Made by a program: the position numbers and the translations under genes
Virus record (IMG/VR): IMGVR_UViG_3300028400_000009
Span: 1 to 52,217 of that record
Origin: a virus
Taxonomy: Duplodnaviria; Caudoviricetes
Strand: one strand, 5' to 3'
DNA: 52,217 bases
Part shown: positions 16,575 through 26,362 of the stretch, in pieces
How positions within the stretch are numbered: position 1 is the first letter of the stretch
Layout of the letters: each line of letters begins with the position of its first letter
The notes under the pieces: generated by a model
Database searches by the model: none
Told to the model about the DNA's origin: nothing
What the model saw: the letters and a program-made list of their open reading frames with translations, nothing else

Positions 16575-19072
16575 TTTGTATACTCAAAAGTTGCGATTAA
16601 GTTAGTTGCGCCACCGCCTGACCAAAAATTTTTAAGGTAGGCGTGTCCTCCACTTGTCCAATAATACGCCCTGTCTGTTGCTGTGTCGTCTTTGTATAAA
16701 GCAGGTATTTGTGTTCCATTCGCTGCTTTTATCATAACATCCGATCTTATCACCTCAGAAAAACCTATATTAATATCAAGTAGAGTTCCATTATTTGGTA
16801 TGGCATTAGTAAATGATCTTCGATAAATCGGCTTACCGTCTACCCATGTATTACCTGTCTTTTTCTCTAATAAAGAATACGTTATGTGATCTGATGAAAC
16901 GGTTGTTTCAGCATAACAAAATATTTTTTCAATGATAATATTTCTATTATGTTCTGCTGCCACTATTGTGTTGCTTGTTTTTGATACTGTTCCAGTTATG
17001 TATCCTGTGCCATATGTGTCAAATAAGAAATCATTAGTGCTGCTCAACAAGTACAACTCGTGCAATGCCCATCGCCTGGTTGGATTATCTACGTCTCTGA
17101 TTAAAAATTTAATTGAGGAGCAAGTAGAAATATCAAATTCATTCTTGCCAAGCGTATAAGTAGCGTTGCCTCCACCTATGTCCCAATTAAGGATTTTTTC
17201 AGCTACTTTATTAACAACACCTAAAACGGTTTTTTCACCACCTGCGTATTTCTGATCAAATAGCCAACTTTGCGCCGTTGTCGATTGATTCATTATCAAA
17301 TAGATTCCAGCGGGAATCGTTGCTGGGTCTTGCGTTGATATACCGTCAATATTCCTAAGTTCAATCGTTGCTGTAGAACCAAGCGCCGCTTTAACATCTG
17401 CTAGACTCAAATCGGTTAATATGCGCGTTTCCAAGCTGTTATGCGCAACACCAACATTAATTGGGGTTGAAATAAAGCTTCTAACAGTATTGCCGTCATC
17501 AAGCGTTGAATCAAGTGTTGCTTGCAATGTTGGATAATTAACTGTAATTGATTTTTCTTTTGCGCCACTTGATGCAGTAACAACATAAGTTGAACCGCTA
17601 GTTGCGTCTGGGTCTTCAAAATTTTGCCAGATATATGAATAATCGCTTGCAGGTATTGTTATATTGCCATTTTCGTCAGGTGTTGCGAGCGTACCGTTTA
17701 TAAATGTTTTCTTGTTGAAAGAATTATTCGGTTTAATCTTGTAGCCTGACTTTTGACCGTCGAACGGATACATGAATACGCGCTGCTCTTTTTTTAACCC
17801 AATCTGACTAATATCTAATGTCATTGTGCTGTTATAAAGCAGCGTATGACTATTATTTGTGTTTAGCGGCTTCCAGTTTGCGCCATTGTCTGTTGTCGGG
17901 TCTGTACCGGCAGGCACTTGATCTACTTGTGCTACATAGACAACACCATCAGAACCGATGACGTATTTAGAGCTAAGATTACCTACTGTTACAGATAAAT
18001 CGCCATAGGCTGCGTAGTTTTGATCCCAAAATGGCAGAGATGTTTGTCTTATTAGAGTCAACACTTCTTTATTTATTTGCTCTGATGTATGACCTTTAAC
18101 TGTCGCATCAGTGCCTGAAACTATATCACCAATTCCTGCCTTTGTGCTTTGATGCCAATCATAAAGAGCTTTACCACCCTTGATAGTACCACTTGTGACA
18201 TCTGCTTTGTTTTGAAGCTGTGCGTCTGTAATATCCGTCGCAGATGCGCCAAGCTCCTCTTGTGATAGATACTTTACCCATGCACCTGAAATCATTTGAT
18301 ATTTAGCCCAACCAGCCGTTACAGAGGTATCTCCACTCGCATCAATAACGTGGATAATTGAACCTGCTGTAGCTGTCGCTGGCAAATCGGCAAATGTTGC
18401 TACACTCGTCTGATCTGGTAGTGCATCTAATTGTGCTTTTAGTTTTTCCGCGTCCACCCACTTGTTAGCTGTACCAGCTGTTATTTGTGCTTGTGTTGCT
18501 TTGTCGGCAATAGCAACTTTTTTATCAAGCTCTTTTTTCAATGTATCTGGCTGAACATACTTGTTTGCAACTTTTGTTCCAGCCGTCACCTCTGCTTGAG
18601 TGTTGGCTGATGCTGTAACAGGTGCATCTTTATATTCAATGTCGTTACCTGTTGCATCTACAGTGGCAATCTGTCCTTTTGTTTTCCCAATCGGTTTTGA
18701 TACTTTTGTTTTTAACGCAGCATCAATGACTTTGTTTTGAAGTGAGTTTGTGCTTGTAGCATTTAAAGCTGTGTCTACAGTTGCAGCGGAAGGTAAAATT
18801 AGTTTTAGCTTCTGCCCTGTTAATGATAATGCTGAATTGCTTGTAGCATCTAAAGTGACGGGGTCGTGAAATTTCGCTTTTTCAGCAGATGTCACATGAA
18901 TATCCGTATCTGCTTTGTGGGTATCTATTTCTGTTTTTGCGGCTACTGCTGTAGCTCTTGCTGTTGTGTCGGTTGTTCCACCGCCACCATTAGCTCCTCC
19001 TGAACCATAGGTTCTAGCTTGTGCTGTACTTGCCATAGATAAAAATGCTAATAAAAATATTATTTTTCCCAT
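16571..19072 (-). CDS. tail-fibre/adhesin-like protein with apparent signal peptide
   Basis: ATQAQITAGT repeats, EKKTGNTWVDGKPIYRRSF fibre-type motif, N-terminal IIFLLAFLSMASTAQA. Confidence 0.6.
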   Translation of the reverse strand: MGKIIFLLAFLSMASTAQARTYGSGGANGGGGTTDTTARATAVAAKTEIDTHKADTDIHVTSAEKAKFHDPVTLDATSNSALSLTGQKLKLILPSAATVDTALNATSTNSLQNKVIDAALKTKVSKPIGKTKGQIATVDATGNDIEYKDAPVTASANTQAEVTAGTKVANKYVQPDTLKKELDKKVAIADKATQAQITAGTANKWVDAEKLKAQLDALPDQTSVATFADLPATATAGSIIHVIDASGDTSVTAGWAKYQMISGAWVKYLSQEELGASATDITDAQLQNKADVTSGTIKGGKALYDWHQSTKAGIGDIVSGTDATVKGHTSEQINKEVLTLIRQTSLPFWDQNYAAYGDLSVTVGNLSSKYVIGSDGVVYVAQVDQVPAGTDPTTDNGANWKPLNTNNSHTLLYNSTMTLDISQIGLKKEQRVFMYPFDGQKSGYKIKPNNSFNKKTFINGTLATPDENGNITIPASDYSYIWQNFEDPDATSGSTYVVTASSGAKEKSITVNYPTLQATLDSTLDDGNTVRSFISTPINVGVAHNSLETRILTDLSLADVKAALGSTATIELRNIDGISTQDPATIPAGIYLIMNQSTTAQSWLFDQKYAGGEKTVLGVVNKVAEKILNWDIGGGNATYTLGKNEFDISTCSSIKFLIRDVDNPTRRWALHELYLLSSTNDFLFDTYGTGYITGTVSKTSNTIVAAEHNRNIIIEKIFCYAETTVSSDHITYSLLEKKTGNTWVDGKPIYRRSFTNAIPNNGTLLDINIGFSEVIRSDVMIKAANGTQIPALYKDDTATDRAYYWTSGGHAYLKNFWSGGGATNLIATFEYTK

Positions 19073-19392
19073 TAGAATCTCGCGTCAGTAGATTTATTGA
19101 TAATAAGTTTAACTTCGCCTGAAGTTGAGCAAGCCCAGATATTATTATGACCAGAATTAGTAAAATATGGAGTTTTATCAATGAACCCATAAAAGCAAGC
19201 CGAAGACGGTGTATTAGTTGATTGTGCGAAGCGGAAGCCCTTGCTTGATCTGGCTCTGAACATGCCAGACTCCACCGTATCAAGGACTTTAACCCAACTA
19301 TTATCAGAGGGTAATGTTATTTCGCTTGCTTGTGCTGAGCTAACAACCAGCATCAAAAGCAATATTTGTATAAATCTCATGGATATACTCAC
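19072..19392 (-). CDS. small protein with apparent signal peptide
   Basis: ILLLMLVVSSAQA cleavage-like site; coupled to the next gene. Confidence 0.55.
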   Translation of the reverse strand: MSISMRFIQILLLMLVVSSAQASEITLPSDNSWVKVLDTVESGMFRARSSKGFRFAQSTNTPSSACFYGFIDKTPYFTNSGHNNIWACSTSGEVKLIINKSTDARF

Positions 19393-19455
19393 AGAATATC
19401 AAATGATACTATGATACAATTAAACGCTTTAAAAATACGATTTGTCGGACAGTAA

Positions 19456-19605
19456 ATGTCGTTCAGGATAACATTCAGAGCTAATGATTGGCTTCAAAAA
19501 AGAATAGAGGAAGAGTGCCGCTTTCGTGGTATGACTATTTCAGAATTCATACGCTACTGTGTGAGAGAAGAGATTAAAAAGCGGGAAATAGAAAAGAATG
19601 ATTAA
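19456..19605 (+). CDS. ribbon-helix-helix protein (49 aa, not in ORF track)
   Basis: MSFRITFRANDWLQKRIEEECRFRGMTISEFIRYCVREE. Confidence 0.65.
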   Translation: MSFRITFRANDWLQKRIEEECRFRGMTISEFIRYCVREEIKKREIEKND

Positions 19606-19843
19606 TATACCCACTTTGGGATATTTAACTATCTGTGTTTTTCGGGCAATATGTTTGTATTGATTAAGGAGATAGAAAGATGGCTTTAAAAATATTAGGT
19701 GTGTTTTTAGTAATGATTCCAATATCTGTGTTAATGGCTTGGTTTTTAGATACTCATGGCATTCATGGTATTAAATACTGGTTACTGCTAACACTTGGAG
19801 ACTCATTTATCTCTACTGGCTTGTTTTTTATCGGTGGCAATAA

Positions 19844-20143
19844 ATGAAACAGCAAAACATGCGCGGCAAAACCTACGAGTTCGACTACAATAGCAAGCAC
19901 TACCTTTGCCTAGCCGATGCCATGAGAAAGAATAAAGCCTCTGCTGCAACAATAAAAAAGGGCTGGAAGAACGTCAAAGTAGTGCCACTCACCAAGCATC
20001 GTAAAATCACTATTGCACCGCCTCAAGAGCCAAAGCGAGTCGATGTGAAGGTTGATAAGCTTACTCTTTCAGATCGCAAAAAGATTGACAATATTCTTGC
20101 TGAAAAACGAGATAGAGACGAATTAAAAGAGGTATGGGAGTGA
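19844..20143 (+). CDS. hypothetical basic protein
   Basis: ORF in plus-strand island. Confidence 0.55.
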   Translation: MKQQNMRGKTYEFDYNSKHYLCLADAMRKNKASAATIKKGWKNVKVVPLTKHRKITIAPPQEPKRVDVKVDKLTLSDRKKIDNILAEKRDRDELKEVWE

Positions 20144-20340
20144 TTAAAGAACGAATAATTAAACTCTCAAAATCCAAAACAGTTCAAGAAATATCCGTTC
20201 TTTTTGGGTTAAACGTATTCATTATTGATAATGTTATCAATGGCGATAAATACACGGCTGAAACTGTAGAGAAAGCAGCAAGAGATAGAGTTATTGATGA
20301 AGCAGTAAAAAGAGCGAAGCCTCTTAAACTTTGGTTATAA
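20134..20340 (+). CDS. small HTH-like protein
   Basis: KTVQEISVLFGL helix-turn-helix-like. Confidence 0.45.
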   Translation: MGVIKERIIKLSKSKTVQEISVLFGLNVFIIDNVINGDKYTAETVEKAARDRVIDEAVKRAKPLKLWL

Positions 20341-20553
20341 TTTCTTAGTAATCCTATCTATCGCATCCGTTAATATCTCATTCTGCTTTTTCACTTTCTG
20401 GCATTCTCTAAATGATGCTTCCCTTCTTTTTTTATGATATTCAACATCGTTAATCATTTTATTAGCGACTGAATTGGCTGATTCTCCCAATTCCTCAGCC
20501 TTTTTCCTGATTAACACCTCATTTTCTTTTGACGCTCTAATCATTAGTGCCAT
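20335..20553 (-). CDS. ribbon-helix-helix-like protein
   Basis: MALMIRASKENEVLIRKKAEELGESANSVANKMI. Confidence 0.55.
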   Translation of the reverse strand: MALMIRASKENEVLIRKKAEELGESANSVANKMINDVEYHKKRREASFRECQKVKKQNEILTDAIDRITKKL

Positions 20554-20654
20554 TTTTTGTTTATCCCTTTGATAAAATAGTGTATACTTTTTGTATACAT
20601 TAGTAATTATATCCATGTTAGCGTGATTATACAATATACGCAGGTTTAATAAAT

Positions 20655-20849
20655 ATGACCAAGAAATACATCTACAGCCAAGACGCAACAGAACGCCAGG
20701 TGTTGCGCCTTACAGACAAGGAAGTTATTGAGTTTATAGAGAGGCACAATAAACAAGGTAACAAAGTAAATAATATGTATACAAATGATGGGCGCGTCGC
20801 CTTCGAGATATACAGACCAACAGACGTTGTTGAATTGGGATGCCTTTAA
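20655..20849 (+). CDS. hypothetical protein
   Basis: ORF at start of plus-strand operon. Confidence 0.5.
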   Translation: MTKKYIYSQDATERQVLRLTDKEVIEFIERHNKQGNKVNNMYTNDGRVAFEIYRPTDVVELGCL

Positions 20850-20855
20850 AACAAA

Positions 20856-21122
20856 ATGAACGATACAGTAAAAAAAACAATACCAGTTCTATTTATCGCT
20901 TATGTATTGAGTGAGAATATTGTTATTTATAGCAAGTTAAGTGCTGGGCTGTTTTCTTTATTAATGACTTCAACTGAAGTTATATCAGCAGTATTTATTA
21001 TTTACTGTATATCTTTTTTTTTAATAATTTCAAGCAAAATGGAAAAGATGTCTTTGATTCTTTTGTTTGTCGCTTGTTTGATGTTTTTCGATAGGATAAT
21101 AATAGCAATAGCTTTTTTATAG
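20856..21122 (+). CDS. small multi-pass membrane protein
   Basis: Three hydrophobic segments. Confidence 0.55.
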   Translation: MNDTVKKTIPVLFIAYVLSENIVIYSKLSAGLFSLLMTSTEVISAVFIIYCISFFLIISSKMEKMSLILLFVACLMFFDRIIIAIAFL

Positions 21123-21133
21123 GGTTTTTAAAA

Positions 21134-22237
21134 ATGAATAATAATATTATTGGTATAGAACCATTCCATAAGACTGCAAAGTATTTAGCTTTTGCGGCTT
21201 TTGCTGTAAGTGTTACATTTACGATTATCTTCAACACAAGTCAGGCAAGTGGATACCTTGATATGATCTTACTAGCTGCAACAGGCGTTATTCAGGATTC
21301 AAGTGAGGTATTGCTTGCGGTGATCGCTTTTTTCTTCTGGACTCACAAGAGTAAGACTAAGATATTCAAGGTAATTGCTGTTATCTGCATGATTATTTCT
21401 CTATCCCTTGTAGCATGGAGCATTACTGCAACATGGGGCGGTAATAATGCGATGATAGAAAAGCAGGCAAATGAAGCTGATCTTGAAAAAAGTAAATTAG
21501 ACCTACTCACTACCGCTATTGCTAATTCTGATAATGTAGCTAATGCCGCTATCTCTAATGCAGAAGCAATGAGGAACAAGGCTAAAAGCTACTCTAAAAA
21601 ATACAATCAACGTGCTAAAAAAATGATTGAAGAGTCTCAGAAACTTGTAGACAAGGCAAGTAAGAGTGCAAGAACAACAATGGAACTTTTTGACCGAATG
21701 AAAGGAATAGATCAAAATAAGATAGCATCCGTCAATTCTGCTAAGGCGGCTTTTAATAAAATATCCGCTGTTACAGGCGCAAGCACTGAAACTGTATCAA
21801 CAACCTTTCTTCTATCAAGAGCAACTCAACTTGAGTTAATTGGAATTGTTTTTGCTATTGTAGCAATGCTTACTTCAACACCTAATGCAATCCGCGTTCA
21901 AACAGGTAGCACTAAAAAGCCAAAGGCAAAAGAAGGAAAAAAGGAAAGCAAGCCAGAAGAAAAACCAAAAGAGCAGAATAAAAGTGGCATTCTTATGAAC
22001 GGCATTGAGTATACGCCAGAAATGATAAGAGCAATCGTTAAGCGGTATGTAATAGCAAAGAGCGTACCAAATGGTGAAAAATGCACTTGCCCAGTTTGCG
22101 AGAAAGTTTTCATAAAAAAAAGGAATGCAGTTCATTGCTCGAACAAGGGCAAGGGTAATTGCGCTGACACAAGGAAAAATCTAATGAGTAAACAAAAGAG
22201 GGAATATAATGAGAAAATTCGTAAGCAAAAACCATAA
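21134..22237 (+). CDS. membrane protein with coiled coil and C-terminal zinc finger
   Basis: Three N-terminal TMs, coiled coil, fourth TM, CPVC...HC..C. Confidence 0.7.
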   Translation: MNNNIIGIEPFHKTAKYLAFAAFAVSVTFTIIFNTSQASGYLDMILLAATGVIQDSSEVLLAVIAFFFWTHKSKTKIFKVIAVICMIISLSLVAWSITATWGGNNAMIEKQANEADLEKSKLDLLTTAIANSDNVANAAISNAEAMRNKAKSYSKKYNQRAKKMIEESQKLVDKASKSARTTMELFDRMKGIDQNKIASVNSAKAAFNKISAVTGASTETVSTTFLLSRATQLELIGIVFAIVAMLTSTPNAIRVQTGSTKKPKAKEGKKESKPEEKPKEQNKSGILMNGIEYTPEMIRAIVKRYVIAKSVPNGEKCTCPVCEKVFIKKRNAVHCSNKGKGNCADTRKNLMSKQKREYNEKIRKQKP

Positions 22238-22297
22238 AATTATTATGGTAGCAATAATTGGTGTTGCTCTGTATGCACTATACAGCGACCCATATTT

Positions 22298-22582
22298 TTG
22301 GCAAACAATAAGGAGTTTATAATGGATAGATTAGTATCATGTAGCAACGTAATGAGCTATTCGCAAATAGTAGTAGTTTCTTTCTTTGCGATAATAGCAG
22401 TATTTATTGCGCTTAACTGGTTTGCAAAGATTGTCGCAGAAAAGAAAGCGAATATAATCGAATCAAAAATACAGAAATCTGTGGATGCAACACTAGAGGC
22501 AATGGCGAATGACAAAGTTAAGGAAGTAGGCGCAAGCCCTCAAGTCATAGTTGCATACGCAAAAACATTATTGGGAGTCTAA
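22298..22582 (+). CDS. single-TM hypothetical protein
   Basis: Hydrophobic segment; start uncertain. Confidence 0.55.
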   Translation: MANNKEFIMDRLVSCSNVMSYSQIVVVSFFAIIAVFIALNWFAKIVAEKKANIIESKIQKSVDATLEAMANDKVKEVGASPQVIVAYAKTLLGV

Positions 22583-22583
22583 A

Positions 22584-22727
22584 ATGAGTAGATATGACGA
22601 AAGAAAAAGCGAAATACTTGGAGAGCTAAGACAGAATGATAGCAATTCTCTATCATTTTTAATTAAAGCTGTACTATTTCTATCTGTAGTTTGGGCTGCC
22701 ATTTCTGTATTTATTGGCGCAAAATGA
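22584..22727 (+). CDS. small TM protein (47 aa, not in ORF track)
   Basis: GGAG RBS; ATGA overlap with the HNH gene. Confidence 0.5.
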   Translation: MSRYDERKSEILGELRQNDSNSLSFLIKAVLFLSVVWAAISVFIGAK

Positions 22728-23107
22728 GCAGAAAGCCATTAACATCAAAAGTCGAGAAAGCTGTCCTGAAAAGAGATAGACATAGATGCGCGAATCCTAC
22801 ATGCCTATTTCATTTTATAAAACCATCTGGAAAGGCTATCCACCACATCAATGATGAATCAACACATCATAAAAAGTGGTGGGTAGATCAGCCTCAAAAC
22901 TTGGTTACTTTATGCTCTACTCGCAGGGTTTTATTCTTCTTCAAGGTAAAAGGCTGTCACCAAAAGTACCACGCTTGGATAGGCGGCACTCAAAAGAAAA
23001 CAAATTTAAGAACGCTTCAAGGCTTTTACGCTCTTTTCTCGGCAAAAAGATTCTTTACTATATGTGTTATTATTATTTTTGCAACACTGTCAATCAAGTT
23101 CTTTTAA
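22724..23107 (+). CDS. HNH endonuclease with C-terminal hydrophobic segment
   Basis: VLKRDRHRC..C, IHHI, NLVTLC, CHQKYH. Confidence 0.8.
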   Translation: MSRKPLTSKVEKAVLKRDRHRCANPTCLFHFIKPSGKAIHHINDESTHHKKWWVDQPQNLVTLCSTRRVLFFFKVKGCHQKYHAWIGGTQKKTNLRTLQGFYALFSAKRFFTICVIIIFATLSIKFF

Positions 23108-23422
23108 GTCTTTACCGTTAGTATTAGCATAAAATATACTGTAAACAATATTGAAAATATCTTGGTGCGTAAGCACCTCTCCTGTTTCTTCCGCTGTCTC
23201 AGGGCTTAATATTTTGATCTTTTCGGTTGGACTAAACGGTATTTTAAGGCTTTCTAAGTTTATTTCCCTTCCATCTGATAGTTCATTGTATGCAGATATA
23301 ACTAATTGTGGTGGTTCGCCACGCAGAAAAGTTAATGCTCTCATTTTTGTTTTCTTTTCAAGTGTAACAGTAATCTTTTCTTTATTTATGCTTTTCATTT
23401 TCTTTATTCTCCTATATAGCAA
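23090..23422 (-). CDS. hypothetical tail-associated protein
   Basis: Follows the fibre-like gene. Confidence 0.5.
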   Translation of the reverse strand: MLYRRIKKMKSINKEKITVTLEKKTKMRALTFLRGEPPQLVISAYNELSDGREINLESLKIPFSPTEKIKILSPETAEETGEVLTHQDIFNIVYSIFYANTNGKDLKELD

Positions 23423-24206
23423 CTTTTAAATCGCCGCCTGTGTGATAAATTGATTTATTTGGTATAAGTCCAGCGTTAATTGCATCTGCATTTGAAGCGT
23501 ATTCAGGGATACCAGTGCCATTGCCAACTGATAATATAATATTGCCAGACAAATCAGATGGTAATCCAGTTACATTTGCGCCGATAATTGTATTATTACT
23601 CCCCGTTACTATGCCTCTCCCTGTGTTACATCCGTATATAGTGTTCGCATCACCAGTTGTGATGTCGTATCCAGCCGCATAACCATTCGCTGTCCAGTTA
23701 CTGCCCGTTGTGTTCAAGTATCCAGCGTACATGCCATTCGCTGTCCAGTTACTGCCCGTTGTGTTCAAGTATCCAGCTCTATTACCATTCGCTGTCCAGT
23801 TATTGCCCGTTGTGTTCGAGTATCCAGCCGCATAACCATTCGCTATCCAGTTATTGCCCGTTGTGTTCGAGTATCCAGCGTACATGCCATTCGCTGTCCA
23901 GTTACTGCCCGTTGTGTTCGAGTATCCAGCGTACATGCCATTCGCTGTCCAGTTACTGCCCGTTGTGTTCGAGAATGCAGATTCTTTGCCGACTCGTGTA
24001 TTACTACTTTTTGCTTCTATTTGTGGGTCAACGTATGCCGCAACGCTACCAGCATTAGTTACCGCAGCAGCTTGGTTTAAGAATTTCATTACATTAACAC
24101 TAGCATTAATGATGTTAAGCCACTTCTGATACCACGTTTTATCTTCGCATGTTATTTTATTTGTCTGTAACGCTGTTTCTAAGTCATCAATTGGATTTGT
24201 TGCCAT
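23412..24206 (-). CDS. tail fibre-like protein with 14-aa beta-roll repeats
   Basis: NTTGSNWTANGMYAGY repeats, YadA-head-like. Confidence 0.7.
   Translation of the reverse strand: MATNPIDDLETALQTNKITCEDKTWYQKWLNIINASVNVMKFLNQAAAVTNAGSVAAYVDPQIEAKSSNTRVGKESAFSNTTGSNWTANGMYAGYSNTTGSNWTANGMYAGYSNTTGNNWIANGYAAGYSNTTGNNWTANGNRAGYLNTTGSNWTANGMYAGYLNTTGSNWTANGYAAGYDITTGDANTIYGCNTGRGIVTGSNNTIIGANVTGLPSDLSGNIILSVGNGTGIPEYASNADAINAGLIPNKSIYHTGGDLKVAI
23665..23972. repeat. 42-bp coding tandem repeat (about 7 copies)
   Basis: GTATCCAGC...CCATTCGCTGTCCAGTTACTGCCCGTTGTGTTC recurs every 42 bp. Confidence 0.9.
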
Positions 24207-24209
24207 TTT

Positions 24210-25004
24210 TTATACTTCCATAAATTTAAACGGTGTTTCGTATACCGAATATTGATTATTTGTAAATGTCATCTCATCAGGTTTACACAAAAAGTTGTGC
24301 TGATCTGAGAGTAGATTCTCAACTGATTTGCCCCATAAAAACCAAGGGCGTTCGCCAAACTCAGCAAGTAATTTAATTAAGGTCATAACATCGCCTTGTG
24401 ACATATTTGTTTTTGATACCGAATATTCACGCGCTTTTAATGATCTTTTTGATTTTAGTATTCCACCTGACGCAGAGTACACAGTGCCACCACTATGTTG
24501 AACTTTAAATGTATTGCCCAGCGTGTCATTCCCATCGAAATAAACGCGGTTACCAATCAGGATGTGTCTTAAATCAAATGGCTCTGTTGTATTTATTTTC
24601 AGCCTGACTTTTGAAAAAGTCGGCTTATTCTCAAGATGCAAAAATAGATTGTTGTTTTCTACTGACACTGTATCACAAGGCGCGTCTGTTCCTATTTTAA
24701 ACTCACAAAATGGAATCGGAAATTTTATTGGCACATCGTGAGTTTCTACTAATTGCGCCCCGTCATATATCTCTGCTGTAATTGTACCCGATCTTATTGT
24801 TGAGCCAGCTATAATTATATCTGATAAACAAGCTACGGCAATATCGATGTCAATGTTTGTCGATCCAGAAAACCTGCAAACCTCTGATCTATTTGCATTT
24901 TTGAGATTCTCTAACCCCAAGTCAGCAGATACAGGCGCAACGGTAGACGTTATGGTCGCGTCTTGTACCCGATTATCAGCAAGTAATGAAAATCCGCAGC
25001 TCAT
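24210..25004 (-). CDS. minor tail protein
   Basis: Position after tape measure/hub genes. Confidence 0.6.
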   Translation of the reverse strand: MSCGFSLLADNRVQDATITSTVAPVSADLGLENLKNANRSEVCRFSGSTNIDIDIAVACLSDIIIAGSTIRSGTITAEIYDGAQLVETHDVPIKFPIPFCEFKIGTDAPCDTVSVENNNLFLHLENKPTFSKVRLKINTTEPFDLRHILIGNRVYFDGNDTLGNTFKVQHSGGTVYSASGGILKSKRSLKAREYSVSKTNMSQGDVMTLIKLLAEFGERPWFLWGKSVENLLSDQHNFLCKPDEMTFTNNQYSVYETPFKFMEV

Positions 25005-26362
25005 TAAAACACTTCGATATTATGAATGGATGTGTCTGTACGGCTTTTTATTGATGACACAATAAAATTACCTGATAAATCACTACGATTAACTGACACG
25101 GGCATACCTGGGATAATCATGTGACCAAGATCGTCAATTCCAAATTCATACGTTACTCTTTTAGTTGCTCTACGCAGCGCTATCATATCAGCGAGTGCTT
25201 GAGCATCTGCCTGATTTTGCAAAACAGTATTTATTTCTAATACGTCTCCAACTGCTCCAGTTACTTTTTCAACCGTTTTTTTCCCGCTTGTAAACTCTGC
25301 TCTCTGCTCTGCTGTGAGTGATATTGCTAAATTACTATCTGATAATACGTCTACATTACCGCCATAATTCACAATTACTTTTGATACAGGCTTCAAAACA
25401 TTTGAAACACTAATATCTGCTGTCGAATTGTCATCGTTTATTCTAAGAATATTAACTACGGGAGTAGCATCAATAAACATCCACCCGCCTTCTGGTTTCC
25501 GCACTAAGAACACGCCAACTGATCTTGCTATTTTATCCAATATTTCACTTGCTGTTTCTGTTCCCCTGACTGCAAATCCAATTACTGCATCTTTTTTCCA
25601 TTGTGCTAAGCTGGATACATCAACACCATTGAGCGAATATTCAGTATTAATCTGATTAACAACATCTTCTAATTTTTTCGTATTGCTATCAACATCAACT
25701 AATTGCGCCCCTGCTGGGTTATGCCCTGCATTATATTTGTAATTTCCTTGAGTGCGTGTTACATGCCCAGTTACATCAAGACCGATGTCATAAACAGTGA
25801 TATTTCCATTGAAGTTTCCATCATGGAATCTATAATCGAGTGTAAATGCATCAACGAGCTGTGGCTTAACGTGTGTCAATCTGCCGTACACCTTCATCTT
25901 TCGTTCACCCTCAGATACGTCTTGCAATAATTCTATTTTTGCTTCTCGACCTTCTGTTAGTCTGAACGAATAAACGCCAGCATTGTAACTAACAGAATCA
26001 ATGGTCAAATTAGCTATTTGTTTAAAGAAAGAGAAGTCCCAACGATCATCACCAAAATAGATTTTACAAGGCTGATTATCAAATGAGTATCCGCGCCAAT
26101 CCCGCACATCACACACAGCTTTAAACTCTGAAACTGAAATAGGCTTTTCTATTCTTCTTGTAAATTCTGGCAACCCGTCATGTAATAGCCATGCAGGGAA
26201 AGGCGCGTTAATATCATTGGCGATATAGCCTCTGTCACTCATACGAACGATGCCACCAGTGTGATAAGCTTCTATCAATAGAATGCGATGACTTACATTG
26301 CTTGTATTTCTATACCAATCATTGAACGCTTGTTCTGAAACGGCAAACGATGTAAACGGCAT
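25004..26362 (-). CDS. tail tip/hub protein
   Basis: Directly after tape measure; KVYGR..HVKP motif. Confidence 0.65.
   Translation of the reverse strand: MPFTSFAVSEQAFNDWYRNTSNVSHRILLIEAYHTGGIVRMSDRGYIANDINAPFPAWLLHDGLPEFTRRIEKPISVSEFKAVCDVRDWRGYSFDNQPCKIYFGDDRWDFSFFKQIANLTIDSVSYNAGVYSFRLTEGREAKIELLQDVSEGERKMKVYGRLTHVKPQLVDAFTLDYRFHDGNFNGNITVYDIGLDVTGHVTRTQGNYKYNAGHNPAGAQLVDVDSNTKKLEDVVNQINTEYSLNGVDVSSLAQWKKDAVIGFAVRGTETASEILDKIARSVGVFLVRKPEGGWMFIDATPVVNILRINDDNSTADISVSNVLKPVSKVIVNYGGNVDVLSDSNLAISLTAEQRAEFTSGKKTVEKVTGAVGDVLEINTVLQNQADAQALADMIALRRATKRVTYEFGIDDLGHMIIPGMPVSVNRSDLSGNFIVSSIKSRTDTSIHNIEVF

Noticed and set aside
23665-23972. 42-bp repeats as a CRISPR array or DGR template
   Set aside because: In-frame 14-aa coding repeats, no unique spacers, no reverse transcriptase in the window
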